A stretch of DNA of 64,000 nucleotides from Anthoceros angustus. Its lineage: Eukaryota; Plantae; Anthocerotophyta. This document shows, in pieces, positions 46,755 through 60,416 of the stretch (its first letter is position 1; each line of letters opens with the position of its first letter). Both the position numbers and the translations under genes were made by a program. Below the pieces are notes generated by a model. It was not told where the DNA came from, did not search any database, and saw nothing but the letters and a program-made list of their open reading frames with translations. Location: assembly GCA_010909165.1 (NCBI GenBank), contig MU008151.1:806001-870000 (forward strand). The letters are read 5' to 3'.

Positions 46755-47165
46755 TAGTTCGAGAGAAAACAGTACTCAGACCCTGCTATTCACTTGTGGA
46801 GAAACACCATGGGTTATATCCGCAATATCATTGCACTTGGAACCCTTCCCCATACGCTGACTTTGGTGCGCGTGTTGTTCCCTTTCACAGGCTGCCAGAC
46901 CCTGATGAGGTTAGAGTCATGAAAGATCTGATCATGTTATCGAAAATTACAAGTAAAGGGTTTCTAGGCTGGATCCAGTTTCCGTGGACACCCAACCCAG
47001 CCCATCATTCATCACAGGGACCGTGCACGGGAGCCGTTTCCCGTTCCGTTCCGGTGTCCCGATCTCGACTGACCCGGACAAATTACCATTCCCATTCCCA
47101 TTTACTTATTTTAGCATGTTTAAGTTTGGGCTGTTTCGCCGTTCATGTGAGAAGTTTCGCTGCGT

Positions 47166-48053
47166 GGGGCCTGCCTGCCAGGGCTGAAGGCCGCGGGATG
47201 TGGTGTGGCCTGGAGGAGCTCAGCACCTGTCTGGCCCTCATTCCATTCTAGCAGTCCGGGAAGCATAGCACAGCATAGCACAGCATAGCAGAGCATGGCG
47301 GAAGAGCAGGAGGCGGAGGATTGGCGCGCTGCCGGTTCAGCTGCAGCAGCTGCTGCTAGATCTGGGCCGGAATGCCGTGTCCGAACTACCCGATCTGCAT
47401 AATGATGAAGAGTATGGCGGCTACTTCACTGGGAGGGCACTGGCGAGTGATGAGGGAGGGCGGGCACAAGACGGTGCCAATCCAGATTGGCACTGGCGAG
47501 TGCGCAAGCGGGTGTTGACAGCCATTACCAACTGCCGCAGTCTCTCGAGAATCTGGGACCAGGTGGGCCATCGGCTTGGATCGGGAGGATGAAGTGTCGG
47601 TTCTGTTGGGGGCCTGCCTGCCAGGGCTGAAGGCCGCGGGATGTGGTGTGGCCTGGAGGAGCTCAGCACCTGTCTGGCCCTCATTCCATTCTAGCAGTCC
47701 GGGAAGCATAGCACAGCATAGCACAGCATAGCAGAGCATGGCGGAAGAGCAGGAGGCGGAGGATTGGCGCGCGCTGCCGGTTCAGCTGCAGCAGCTGCTG
47801 CTAGATCTGGGCCGGAATGCCGTGTCCGAACTACCCGATCTGCATAATGATGAAGAGTATGGCGGCTACTTCACTGGGAGGGCACTGGCGAGTGATGAGG
47901 AAGGCACTGGCGAGTGATGAGGAAGGCACTGGCGAGTGCGCAAGCGGTGTTGACAGCCATTACCAACTGCCGCAGTCTCGAGAATCTGGGTTTACACCAG
48001 GTGGGCCATCGGCTTGGATCGGGAGGATGAAGTGTCGGTTCTGTTGGGGGCCT
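47166..48053 (+). repeat. 443-bp tandem duplication of the 5' UTR and N-terminal coding region of the Roc-COR gene
   Basis: GGGGCCTGCCTGCCAGGGCTGAAGG starts at 47166 and 47609; junction microhomology GGGGCCTG; ATG copies at 47295 and 47738. Confidence 0.93.
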
Positions 48054-51000
48054 GGCGTCCAACCCTTCCCTGGAATATCTGCAACTGTTTGCCTGTGAAG
48101 GTTTTGGAAGGCAGGCGGCTTGCGAGGCTCTGGGCCAGCTTGTTGCATCCAGTCGCAGCTTACGAAACTTTCAGCACCGTTTGTTGGGCTTGATGCCGCC
48201 GGACTGGGTGCCCTGGCCAAAGGCTTCAACAAGGATTCTGTCCTGGAGGAGTTGATCTTAGAAGGGAACGAGGTGGGAGGTGCTGAAGGGGCACAGCACC
48301 TGGCCCGCATTCTGGCCACGGCTCCCCGTCTCAAGGATCTGTCACTGGAAGGCATCGGCATGGATGTGGCGGGAGCCCAGTGTATTGCAAATGCTCTTCC
48401 GCTCTGTGCCACGCTCCGGTATCTGGCGTTGGATCATTCCCGGTGGCGGGGTCCCATTCCCGGTGGCCTCGGGCCCATGGGCACTGTGCTCAAACTTGCT
48501 TTCACCCGCGCGGATGAGGATGAGAATGCCTCCATCTCTGGCGTCACAAGGCTTTATTTGGATATCTCGAAGGATGGGGAGGCAGGCCTGGCAGACGCCC
48601 TGGCCGGAATGCTGCGCACCAACGATCGTATAGAGATGCTTGTCACCACTCCATATGCTCTCATCCACGGCCTGGACGGGTTACGCCACAACTCCACCAT
48701 ATCTGAACTTCGTCTCCGGGACTCCAGTACGCCATCAGCTGCGACGGATGTGTGGATGCGCCTTGTCCAGTTGCTCCCGGAATGCAAAGCACTACGCGTC
48801 CTGAACTTGCAGTTTCTCAAGGGCCACGCCTCGTTCAAGAGGCATTTGCTGAGATCCTTGGAGGGCAACGCATCTCTGAAAATGCTCGACATTTCTTTAT
48901 GGGACGCCCTGCACTATGACTTGTTCCAAGACTTGATGAACTCACTGCAAGTCAACAAGACGTTACGGAAGATCAAAGTACGGGGGACAACATGGGAAGA
49001 GGAAGGAAAGGACGCAACCATCAATGCAGCCTTGGCACGCCATGCCACTCAAGAAGCTTACTGGCCTTTGCTCGTGGACGGGCGAGGGCCTGTGATGCCC
49101 AAGGCTGGGCGCCTCTTCCTGTGCGGTGCCCCTTTGGCAGGGAAGACCACTCTCCGCACCACCATGATTCGCGCATGGAGACGACAGACAGCCGCATCAC
49201 CCGAGTTCCAGCTCAGCCAAGTTCTAGCTCGACTGAAGGGAAAAATATTTCGGGCTAAGCGACGGATGGCTTCCGTCACCGGTACCAGAACGGAAGGCAT
49301 AGAAATCGAGGTGTTGCGCAACGACCATGATATGCAAGTTACCATGTGGGATCTGGCTGGACAAGCTCACTATCGAGCTCTGCAAGACTACCTTTTTCCG
49401 ACCTTCAACCAAGCATGTATCTTCCTGTTTGCGTTCAGCCCATTTGATGATCGGAAACGGAAACCTCCCCAACTGGATCGGAAACCTCCCCAACTGCATG
49501 CGTCTAATGTCCTGCAGGACAGGTTCAGAAGGAGCTTGGCGTACTGGCTTAGGTTCATCAACTCCAATTGTCGCAACGTGGGCTCTACTTTGCCTCAAAT
49601 ATTTGTGGTGGCAACTCATGTGGATAAGATGAAGCGTTCTGATGCTGAAGCATTACCGGATCTCCTTCAACCCGTTCTGACAGAGTTGGCCACCGAGTTT
49701 GAACAGGTTGTTCACGTGAAACAAAAACACTCTTCTCCATGGACGCTCGATCTGCCAAGAGTGTGAAGCCCTTGCTGGACGCACTCATGGAATCGTTTCG
49801 AGCTCTATTTGCAACTAAACTGTTTTGGGTACCTGAGGTATGCAACCGATTGAGTGCTGATTTGACTGCCTGGGTATCCCAACATCCAGCTCAACCGATG
49901 GTGAGGAAACAAAAACACTCCTCTCCATGGACGCTCGATCTGCCAAGAGTGTGAAGCCCTTGCTGGATGCACTCATGGAATCTTTTCGAGCTCTATTTGC
50001 AATTAAACTGTTTCGGGTACCCGAGGTATGCAACCGATTGAGTGCTGATTTGACTGCCTGGGTAGCCCAACATCCAGCTCAACCGATTGTGAGGAAACAG
50101 CAACTTCAAACTTTGTTCCAAAACGAGCTACAGAGTCTCCACAAAGGTGGGGTTGAAGATGAGCGGGAACGATTGGGAGCCATTCTTGCCTATTTGCATG
50201 ATGTGGGTATTATCATCTGTTTTCAAGATACAGATGTTGTGGTGATAAATCCACACTGGATCAGTCACAATTTTTTAGGGCGACTCATTCACCTTCTAAC
50301 CAGAGCTTCTCCTAGAGGTTTGTCGCATTCCTCAGATGGATTTGTTGCTCAAAGTCTGCTTCATTCCACCTTGGATGAGATTCTCAGAGGCACACAAACG
50401 GAGGGGATTGAAAGGCAACATCTGGTATCGTTGATGACCACTCTCAACTTATGCTATGAAGAGGATGGGACTCGACGTGTCGGATTCTTTGTTCCCTTCA
50501 CCATGGCCGCCGGTAATGGTGACGCTCTTCCTGGGAGACGAAAGTTGAACTGGGAAACTGCTGATACAGCAAGCAATTACAACTACCTCGGAAGGAGGTT
50601 ACAGTGCCTTGACAAGACGAAGACGTTTCTTGGTCCAGGCTTTTTCCTAGATTCCAAGTACGATAACTACCAACATGTCTTTGTTGATGGTGTGTGTCTT
50701 CAACCTGTTTACTGACATTGTGGAGGTTTGCGTATTGTAGGTCTGCCTTCGAAAGGATTTGTTAACCGGATTCCATGGCATGCAACCTCATCAATATCGT
50801 ATTGAACGCAACCTCATCAAGTTTTGGTGTGATGGTATGGATGTGTTTTGGAAAGCAGTGGGGATATCGGAGAGGACACCGGAGACATCGGTGACCATAT
50901 CGATATTCTGGTGAGGTCATCCAAGAGCAAAGATGAAACTATCGAGTTTCTCAAGGAGCATGTGATTGCAAAGTTGAAATCTTTTGTGCTTCCCTGAAGG

Positions 51001-52272
51001 CAGTCCGGGAGTCGAGCTTGTGGAAGGAATTATCAGGACCGAGTGTGTCGAAAACCTCACACTCTGTATCTACCGGCATAATCAGTCAGTGCTAACGCAG
51101 GATTTGCTGAAGCGTGTTTTGCAGACCAACAAGACTGTACAGGGAGATTTTCTCCTCAATGGATCTGGCCGACTTCAAATGGTGGTGGCCAGAATGTCCT
51201 GAAGCCTCTTTGAGAGTGCCTTTGAGGGAGCTGATGAGCTCTTAAGTACTGGTGAAGTCTTGGATGTCTTGCAAAGGCGACGAACAGGTCTCCTTCAAAC
51301 CATATCCAACATAGATGCAGCTGTAGAGGAAGTCCTGCCTACAGAGGAAGGGTGCTCGCACAACAAGACGCACCACTTCAAACGTCTCGGTTTGCCTACG
51401 TCCGACGTACTATATCCCTCCCTGGAACTAGTCACTCGGAGATGGGGAGCAACTGTTGCAAACCTTCAATCATGGGATGAGAGATTTGAAGCACGACGTG
51501 AAAATGGTGGATACACGGTTGAAAATGGTGGAGACAGAGGTGAAAGCAGTGGAGTCAAAGTGGATAGAGTTGGCGAGACTTTGCAACGTGAGATAAGCGA
51601 TATGAAGACCTGGCAGGAAGATACTCTACAACTCTTGCTTTCTAAGATGGATGAGATTATGAATTTCTCTGCAGAATTAGAAAGCAGTCAGATACCCAGA
51701 CGTCCCTACATCACCACTGCAGACGTGGGTCTGGCACAGAGATTGATTGCAGGGGTGCGTGTGGGCAAAGCGGCTAAGCTGCACTTCATGTGCGAAAACA
51801 TCTTTGGGAATCACATCGTGCTGGGCCAAACTGGATTTGACTTGACATTGGAGGATGCGAAGTGGAGGTGGATCAGGCCCTTAGCAATCAACGGTGCAAA
51901 GCTTTTGCTCTTCCTGGCCAAGGCTGGCCTACACGTGGCTGCCGGCATTGGGGTGCGGTTCCCGACCCTGCTACCAGCTTGGATGGAGCGGTTTCTGTGG
52001 CTGCGGCCTTTGGGAATCAGCCCTGTCCCATTTAAATCTGGACCTGACAGGACCAGGTCAGCCAGAACACTCCCGTGCAAGAGGCATGGATTGCTCTGAA
52101 GAATCTGTTGCAACCGTTGCTGAGGGATCAAATGGCCGACAAATTCCAACTGCACAAGGTGCAATATCGGAAACGGCAGGATGGAGGACGAGGAGTGGCA
52201 TGGGTTTGCGAACGGTGTATGCGGAGGGAATTAAGAGACAAGTCTATCAGCCGCTCTGACGGGAGCAACTAG
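47738..52272 (+). pseudogene. TORNADO1-like LRR-Roc-COR (ROCO) gene with multiple frameshifts; pseudogene or assembly-damaged
   Basis: RI-like LRRs (LEELILEGNEVG, LKDLSLEGIGM); Roc P-loop CGAPLAGKTT, RTEGIEI, WDLAGQ, VATHVD; COR VVINPHWISHNFLG; TRN1-like C-terminus PRRPYIT..LHFMCE. Confidence 0.87.
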
Positions 52273-53288
52273 AACGTCGTGTGTTGCAGCCTAACTTTGG
52301 CATTTGCAGGATGACTCTAGGAGCCATCTGCATCATGTGATTGGATAATGGTAGGTAGACAGGCATTAGAATGTAGAGCCTAATCCTGCTGTATCTTACA
52401 TCACTCTTGCGAAATCCCACCTTTGTCGAATTCGTCCCTTTTGGTTGTTCAAGCCTCTGACTCTTCCAGAACTGTGGAGGGCCCCTGGTTGGTGAAGGAG
52501 GGATCCTCCAGAGTGAGCATGCATCAGTGGCCAGGAATGACATCGTGCCCTGCACCTTGGAGTAATGACTAACACAAATTTGATCTGTGCATCTGTAGAT
52601 TTTAGGGGTACCAACGTCTTGGGAAGAACAGCCAACCTGATGTCAACCAAAATCTATCCTACCCAAAATCTATCCTAACAAGCCAAAGGTGTTTGTCAGT
52701 AATGTTTTCGGATCACTTTCTTCGTACAGTACCGTGCAGCAGCTCGAACCCTGCCATCTCATGACAGGTACAGCTGCTGATCCTAATTCTGCAGTCCAGA
52801 GGAAGCTCACGACATCACTAGAACAAAAGTCACTGGATGTTTGAATGCGAATTGAACAACTGCGAAGGACTGCACTGTACTTCCTGCCAAGCGCTGGAAG
52901 GTTGATTGGACTGCGAGGTTTTGCAGGTTTGTCACTTTACTCCCTTCATTGACAAGTTCTCCACCTCACTTCAGAGTGAGTGGATGCTCAATGCTCCCTC
53001 GGCTGTAACGAAAATTCATGAACCGACAAGAAATATTTAGGCTACACAATTGATGGCAGTTGTCCATGTGGGGATCAGCTTTGGGAGCTTGTGGACAAGG
53101 GTCGGGCTTCCTTGATCCGGAGGCAGTGGAACTGGGACGTTTCAGCCTATGTCTGGGATCGAATAGGAGCTGTGCTCTCTGTACGGATGCTCTTCGTCTT
53201 CGCATGGCATAGGAATCTATCTAAACTGGACATCAGTCGTGATGGTGAGGAAATGTGTACGGAATTCAGGTAACATGTAGCCCGAATT

Positions 53289-55310
53289 CGTGACATGGAC
53301 TGCCATGATCGCAGGGTATGCTCAGCATGGACGAGGTCAAGAAGCGCTGGATTTGTATGCCTCCATGCAGCAGGACGGCTTGTATCCAGCCAATCACGTC
53401 ACGTTTGTGTCCCTGCTAAAAGCGTGCGCCATTGTGGGTGCTTTGCATCAGGGCATGCAGCTCCATTCCTTGATTCGGAAAAGAGGGCTGGAGAATGATG
53501 TGGTCATTGGCAGCTGCCTGGTTGACATGTACGCAAAATGTGGGAACTTAGAGGATGCTCGTAAACTTTTGACAACCTGCCCACTAGAAGTGTGGTGACA
53601 TGGAATGCCATGTTTGCAGGGTATGCGCAGCATGGACTTGGTCAAGAAGCCCTTGATCTTTATGCAAGCATGCAGCAGAGGGCAAGACACTACCTGATCG
53701 TGTCACGTTCGTGTGCCTCCTCAAGGCTTGTGCCAGCCTCAGGGCTCTGCAGCAGGAAAGCAGCTGCATTCTCTGATTCAGGAAAGGGTACTGCACACTG
53801 ATATGGTTGTGGAAGCTGCCTAGTCGACATGTATGCCAAGTGTGGGGACATTGAGCTTGCTCGGAGGGTCTTTGACGAGTTGCCCAGAAGAGATGTTGTG
53901 ACATGGAGTGCAATGATTGGAGGATATGCCAATCATGGCCTTGGCCAAGAAGCTCTTGATCTGTATGCAGTTATGCAAGAGGATGGCATGGCTCCAGCAA
54001 ATCACATCACTTTCGTGTCCCTCCTGAAAGCATGTGCCATTGTGAGAGCCTTGCAACAAGGAAAGCAGCTTCATCTGCAAATTGAACAAAGAGGATTAGA
54101 AAGTGATCTGGTTGTTGGCAACTGCCTGGTGTCGACATGTATGCAAGATGTGGAAGCTTAGAGGATGCACGCAGAATTTTGACCGGCTCTCTAGTAGAGA
54201 CGTGGTAGCTTGGAATGCAATTCTTGGAGGCTATTGTCAGCAGGGGCTTGGTCAAGATGCGTTGGATCTTTATGCAAGTATGCAACAAGAGGTGCTGTCT
54301 GTGGGTAATCATGTTACGTTTGTCTGGCTCCTGAATGCATGTGCCAGTGTTGGAGGTTTGCATCAGGAAAGCAGCTTCATGCTGTGACCCAAGATAAGGG
54401 ACTAGATTGTGATGTGGTTGTCGGCAACTGTCTAGTGGACATGTATGCAAAATGTGGGAGCTTGGAAGGTGCTCGCCAAGTGTTTGAAACGTTGCCTGTG
54501 AAAGATGTGGTGACATGGAATAGTCTGCTGAATGGTTATGCCAAACATGGGGATGGCCACAGGGCAATACAGTTTTCGAAGAAATGCGGAGGAAGGTGTG
54601 GAGCCCAACGGTGCTACGTTCATTTCTCTGCTGGTAGCTTGCAGTCACAAGGGGCTGGTGAAAGAGGGCCAGCGGTATTTCGGGATGATGAAGGAGCAGG
54701 GCATTGAGCCAACAGACCAGCATCATAACTGCATGATTGATCTTCTTGGGCGGTCAGGGATTTGGAGGCTGCTGAAAAATTGTTGCAGTCAGTGCCTTTG
54801 AAAATGATGTTGTGGGGTGGACTTCTTTGCTGAGTGCGTGTAAAAGCCATGGTGATGTAGAGCGTGGAAGGCGATGTTTTGAACGTCTGGTACGTTTGGA
54901 GCCCCAGACTGCAGCTGCTTATGTGCTACTGGGGAATATCTATGCAAATGCAGGCATGTGGGGTGATGTAGAGGAAATAGAAAGGTTGAGAAAGTGCGCA
55001 GGTGCTTGGAAAAAGCCCGCAAAGGCTGGTATTGAAGTGAACAATAAGGTCACGAGTTCACCGTGGAGACGAGAGGGTGACGTTGCTCGAAGTTGATTAG
55101 CATGAACGTGAGGGTGCAGGATGAAGGCGGGCACGTGCCTTTGACTGACCTGGTTCTGAAGGCAGTTTCAGAGAGTGAAAAGGAAGATGCATTGTGTGGA
55201 CATGCGGAGAAGTTGGCATTAGCATATGGCCTCCTTAACACTCCGGAGGGACAACTCTAGTGGTAACTAAGAACCTTCGCATGTGCCATGACTGTCACAG
55301 TAGCACCGAA
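53289..55310 (+). pseudogene. 5'- and 3'-truncated, frameshifted PLS-E-DYW:KP PPR gene; gene G
   Basis: Starts mid-motif (VTWTAMIAGYAQHG); KKPAKAGIEV; CGHAEKLALAYGLLNTP..KNLRMCHDCHSSTE, then homology stops at ~55310. Confidence 0.85.
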
Positions 55311-56689
55311 CACAGGGATGCCGATGCTTGCCACCTTCACGCTGTCGCCCATCGCATTGCTCTTGGAACAGCTGCAGCCTGGATGGAAGTTGGGAAGAAC
55401 TGAAATGGGATTTGAAAGGCGTGGAATGGAGTGGAATGGATAGCCCTGGTAGCCAGGCTATATGGCCACACGCCTGCCTGGGGATGGATACTATAGCCTT
55501 ATGCTTTGATGGAGTCACATCCTGACGAAGTCATATCCTTGCGAAGTCCCATCCCGAAGAAGCATCCCTGATTGACGTGTTCCAGAGAGGACACAGGCAG
55601 GTGGCCCAGCCTTGCATTATTGCTGGACATTGACGAGTTCAGTCATCACTGCGTACATCGCAGCCCGCCAGTTCGCACTCTCTCGTTCCTTGCAAGTACT
55701 TGTCAGGCCAGTGCCAGCTTGCTTTCAAGCTCACCTGTTGTGGACGGCATCTCCGTCATGGGCGCAAGTCTGTGAATACCGAATTTTAAACTATGTTTTA
55801 GAAGCGTGATGCTTTCTCCAGGGCACGCAAGAAAACGTGCATGATATCGTCAACATGTGCCGGGCAATGACTCTTGATGCCTACCCAACCTTGACAAAGC
55901 TGTCATTCCTATGGCCCCTTGACAGTTTCTTATCACCTGTTCAAATCTTGCCCAGGTAGAGAAGACTTCAAACCACCTCAGCCTCCCACGTGAATGGAGC
56001 CTCCTTAGTGTCTTCCAGTGCCATCCCGTACTGCCCGGTATGCTGCAGGTTAGTTATCATTAAGGAAGTAGACCTAATTGTTGGAAGCATTTTTGAACAT
56101 TGACGTTAGGTTAGCTGAATGTTTGAAGACATAGATTGGCAGTTCATAAACGACGAGGTAGAGGCATAGGGGAGGTGTGTAGGATACTCTCTGCCCACAT
56201 ACACGATGACAACGACTAATTTCAAGCCGTATTACATCTTGAAAAGTAGAATGGTAATGGAAAATACTTTAGTTCCGTTTGATAATAATTTGGTAATAGG
56301 CTTGGTAATAGTTCGCATGGGCGATTTGTTAAGACATTGGATAGGGATAGATCCACAACAGGCAAGCCTAGATGAAAGGCTGTGTCAAGTGTTTTCCAAA
56401 ACGAGCCACCGAGCAAGAAGAACCTAGAGACTAGGTGCTGGGAAGTGGAGGACTAGGTGCTGGGAGGAGAAGCAGAAGGAATTCCTCCTACCATGTCCGG
56501 CAAGAAATCCTGATCCAGTCTTTGCAGACTTTTCAAACGGAGCTCAATGTGCGAAATGAAGCCCTGAGCAGGATCTCCTCCAGATGGGGTTTCCCAGAGC
56601 AGGATCCCCCTGTCACAAGTTTAGAGTTTATAATATAACACAGTTGGACGACCAGAAGGCTTTCCCCTTTGTTGGCGCTGGCATCCAGG

Positions 56690-57300
56690 AGGAGTTTCTC
56701 AAGGAACCTGTGATTGCAAAGTTGAAATCTTTTTGTGCTTCCCCTCACGGCAGTCCGGGAGTCGAGCTTGTGGAAGGAATTATCAGGACCGAGTGTGTCG
56801 AAAATCTCACACTCTGTATCTACCGGCATAACCAGTCAGTGCTAACGCAGGATTTGCTCAAGCGTGTTCTTCCAGACCAACAAGACTGTACAGGGGAGAT
56901 TTTCTCCTCATGGGATCTGGCCGACCTCAAATGGTCGTGGCCAGAATGTCCTGAAGCCTTTCTGAAGAATGCCTGTGAGCGAGCTAAAGAGCTCTTAAGT
57001 GCTGGTGAAGTCTTGGATGTCTTGCAAAGGCGACGAACAGGTCTCCTTCAAACCATATCCAACATAGATGCAGCTGTAGAGGAAGTCCTGCCTACAGAGA
57101 AAGGGGTGCTCGCACAACAAGACGCACCAGTTCAAACGTCTCGGTTTGTCAGCATCCGACGTACTATATCCCTCCCTGGAACAACTCACTCGGAGATGGG
57201 GAGCAAGTGTTGCAAACCATCAATCAAGGGATAAGAGATTTGAAGCAAGAGGTGAAAGCAGTGGGAGTCAAAGTGGATAGAATTGGCGAGACTTTGCAAC
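56690..57300 (+). pseudogene. Internal fragment of the TRN1-like ROCO gene (COR region)
   Basis: Closely similar to 50945-51580: VIAKLKSFCASPHGSPGVELVEGIIRTECVENLTLCIYRHNQ. Confidence 0.88.
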
Positions 57301-57310
57301 TTATCCAACA

Positions 57311-57436
57311 TGGTGCTCCCAAGGCCAGGGTGAGCCCCTACTGCTGGTGCTCTCAAGGCCAGGGTGAGCCCCTACTGCTGGTGCTCCCAAGGCCAGGGTG
57401 AGCCCCTACTGCTGGTGCTCCCAAGGCCAGGGTGAG
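57311..57436. repeat. 34-bp tandem repeat, ~3.7 copies
   Basis: TGGTGCTCCCAAGGCCAGGGTGAGCCCCTACTGC units start at 57311, 57345, 57379 and 57413, with no spacers. Confidence 0.95.
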
Positions 57437-57959
57437 GGAGATGGCCAGCGCCGCAGCCGAGCTGGGATGTCGCTGCAGCAGCAGTCCGCAAGGTTTAGGG
57501 TTACCGGACGATGATGGACAGGATGCTGCCGGGATTGCGGACGCTGCTGGCCCTGGCCATGCGGATGCCATCTCTGCCATGCGTCCTGAGCTGACTCTGT
57601 AGATCGATGCTACAGTCCGGGTCTACCGTATGCTAACTCAACCTTTCGTCATGTGGCTCGCACAAACTGTCAGCCTCATCTGCAGAGCGGTGATTACAGA
57701 TGAGCATCACACAACGTCCATGGCTGTCCATTGCTTGCAGGCAATCCATTGAACACCCTGCGAGCATCGTCCAGACTGCCACACTTCCCACACATGGCAG
57801 ACAGGAGCCAATAAACTCATCACCTTCTCGGGTCCTTGGCTGACAAGGAGCAAGGCACACTAGTGTGAGGCCAATACTTCAAGGTGGAGTCGTTTCGCTG
57901 CAGAAGGAAAGATTCACATGCCGATACTGTCGGCAAGGGCTTTTGAATGGGATGTCTAT

Positions 57960-58079
57960 GGGGCAGCACGCACTGCTTTATATGTATGCAAGTGTGGGAG
58001 CATCATGGTTGCACAACGGGCTTTTGATAGACATATGCAGCAGAATGTGGTGGTAAGGAATGCAACGCTTGCAGCATAC
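57960..58079 (+). pseudogene. Small degenerate PPR fragment at the duplication breakpoint
   Basis: ALLYMYA.CGSIMVAQRAFD..NVVVRNATLAAY runs up to the start of the duplicated block at 58080. Confidence 0.55.
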
Positions 58080-58467
58080 GATTGAGTTACGTAATCCTTT
58101 TCAATCTATTTATAAAGTTTTGATGTATTTAGAGCCCTTTACAAACAACTAAAATGCACATAAGCTTTAAAGGCGTTTTTAGATTTAAAATCTGTTGCGG
58201 GAAGAGACCTAGACTCTAGGCTTGAGTTGAGCTGCCCTGAGTCTACCATTACAACAAGTGAGGTGGCCTTCGCTTCCTACACGCCTGGCATCCCAAACAC
58301 GGTTTGGCAGCTGTGTTAGGAGGCTCAGCTCGCATCGTCGCGATCGGATCGAAGGAGTCGGGGAAGGGCTGGCCAAGGTTGGGGTAGGCAAGGCAAGGTA
58401 GCAGGGACGGGTGCGAGGCGGGCTGTCAGGGCTTCGCAGGTTGCTGCTTTCAGCAGCAGCGGGGGCT

Positions 58468-59765
58468 GAATGGAAAGCCTGGCCCTCGGTTGTGGTGGTG
58501 GGAGGCCAGGTCAGTGGACTGACTCCCTCATTGGGGCAGCTTAACCTCACGTGATGCCTCTTTGTTTGCTGGTTTCCAGCTTGGTGCGCGTCTAGAATTC
58601 TGGTTCCTCTGACTCTGACTGTTTAACCTCGCAACAGAGTTCTGGAAAGTCGTCTGTGCTGGAGAGCATCGTGGAAGGATTTCTCGCCTCGAGGCTCAGG
58701 TGTGCATCTTCTCTTACACTGGATCACGGACGTGGACAGATCGAATTAGATGCAGGTTGGATCTAAAATGCATCTTTTCATGCTGTCGTTTTTCTCGAAG
58801 CCCCGACTGGATTCAGCATTAGGATGGTGATAGATCTTCAATTCACCTCGGTTTAGGATCGCGGCAAGAAGTGGGCCGGGTAAAGCAGATGTATTGCAAA
58901 TGGCTTCCAACATGATCAGTGCGACGGTGATTTGTAGGGATTGTAACGAGGCGTCCCTAGTTTTACAGCTGCACAAGATGGACGATGGTTCCGAATATGG
59001 CGAATTTGTCCATGGCGCCGAAGAGAAGGTTTACGGATTATGGTAATGTTGTGTACTTGCTTTTGATGTGGAGGTCTTCAGGATCTTGCTTGTTGTGCTT
59101 TGTGAGGGGACGCATGTTTCACTCTTTCTTCTTAGGTTTAGGGTTCTTTCACTTTTTGCAAGTGTGGACGGTGAATATCGAGAAACTTGCATATTCTGTT
59201 TAGGTCTTTCCATGATTATAGACGACTTTTGCAAGTTTCGACCTGACGAGTGAGTATGTGGTTGCAGCTGCTTTTAGGAAAGAGATATCTGATGAGACCG
59301 ACAGAGTCACTGGGCGCAGCAAGCAGATCTCTCCGTTCCGTGTCAACTGAGCATATATTCTCCTCATGGTATGTCTACCCAGAAGATTTACATCTCAAAT
59401 TGGAAGGATTTACTTGTGGCCCTACGGTCAAATGAACGATGAAATCAAATTGTGAAACAAGTCGACAGTATCTTTCACCCTTGTGATCATATGCACGTGC
59501 TAGTAGTGAAGACGATCTCTATGCAAGGTTTGAAGTTTGTCAGGATGAGGCATAACAGGTTGCTACTCTATGATGTGATGCAGTGCTGAACTTGACTCTC
59601 ATTGATCTTCAAAAGTTGTTGTTGGTAAGTGCTCCTTATGCCTATGACAATGCCTGTAGAGGCTAATTTCGGATGAGCCAGGGCTAAATTGGAGCTAATT
59701 ACTTTTCTGTGTCACCTGCAGAGGGACAGCCTGACATCAATATGGTTCGGTCATAAGTGGAGAAG
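58468..59765 (+). pseudogene. DRP1: Second copy of the DRP1 fragment; partial third copy at 61400-61609
   Basis: Same six exons and shared lesions: extra G in CATGGCGCCG and loss of PGLT. Confidence 0.88.
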
Positions 59766-60416
59766 GTACCTTCCCGATCCTTGATGCCTTAATGCGATCA
59801 TGGCTTCGTGTGGGTTCTCTTGCTCACCGGACAGAGCAGAGCCGCGGACTCGCCTTCCTGCGCCACGAAGAACTGGTTGCCGTAGCGGGATTGAAGCTCG
59901 ACGAAGAACTGGCGAGGCAGCAGGGAGTTCACAGCAGGTCCCACGTTGAAGTTGAGGATGTGCGGCGACGTCAGGTCCTCGATCACCACGATGGTGCGCT
60001 CGTCTGGACTCCACAGGCTCCGCAGCGCTTGCCCTGATGTGGCCGGGGTAGGCTCGGTTGTCGTCACCTCCCGGTGCGCTCCAACTGCTCCAGCTGCTTG
60101 CAGGCAGTCTGTCGTTAAATAATACCCTGCGAGCATCGTCCAGGCTGTCACACTTCTGACACCAGGCCACCAGACAGGAGCCAGTAAAACTCATCTTCAT
60201 TCTCGGGTCCACTGATGGCAAGGACGCACGTATGCCCTCTCAGAGGATGTCTATATCTAACAAGAACAACACCTTACGCCCACTGAAAATTCTGTGATAT
60301 CTGAATCACTGAAAGATAGGACGTCCATGTGTCCTTCCCAGATGTTTTTCCAAACCTAACGATAACAGCGGTACGTATGCCCACTGGAAATCTACTGGAA
60401 AGGATTCCTCCAACTA

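Noticed and set aside
57311-57436. 34-bp repeats as a CRISPR array
   Set aside because: Contiguous near-identical units without spacers; a simple minisatellite.
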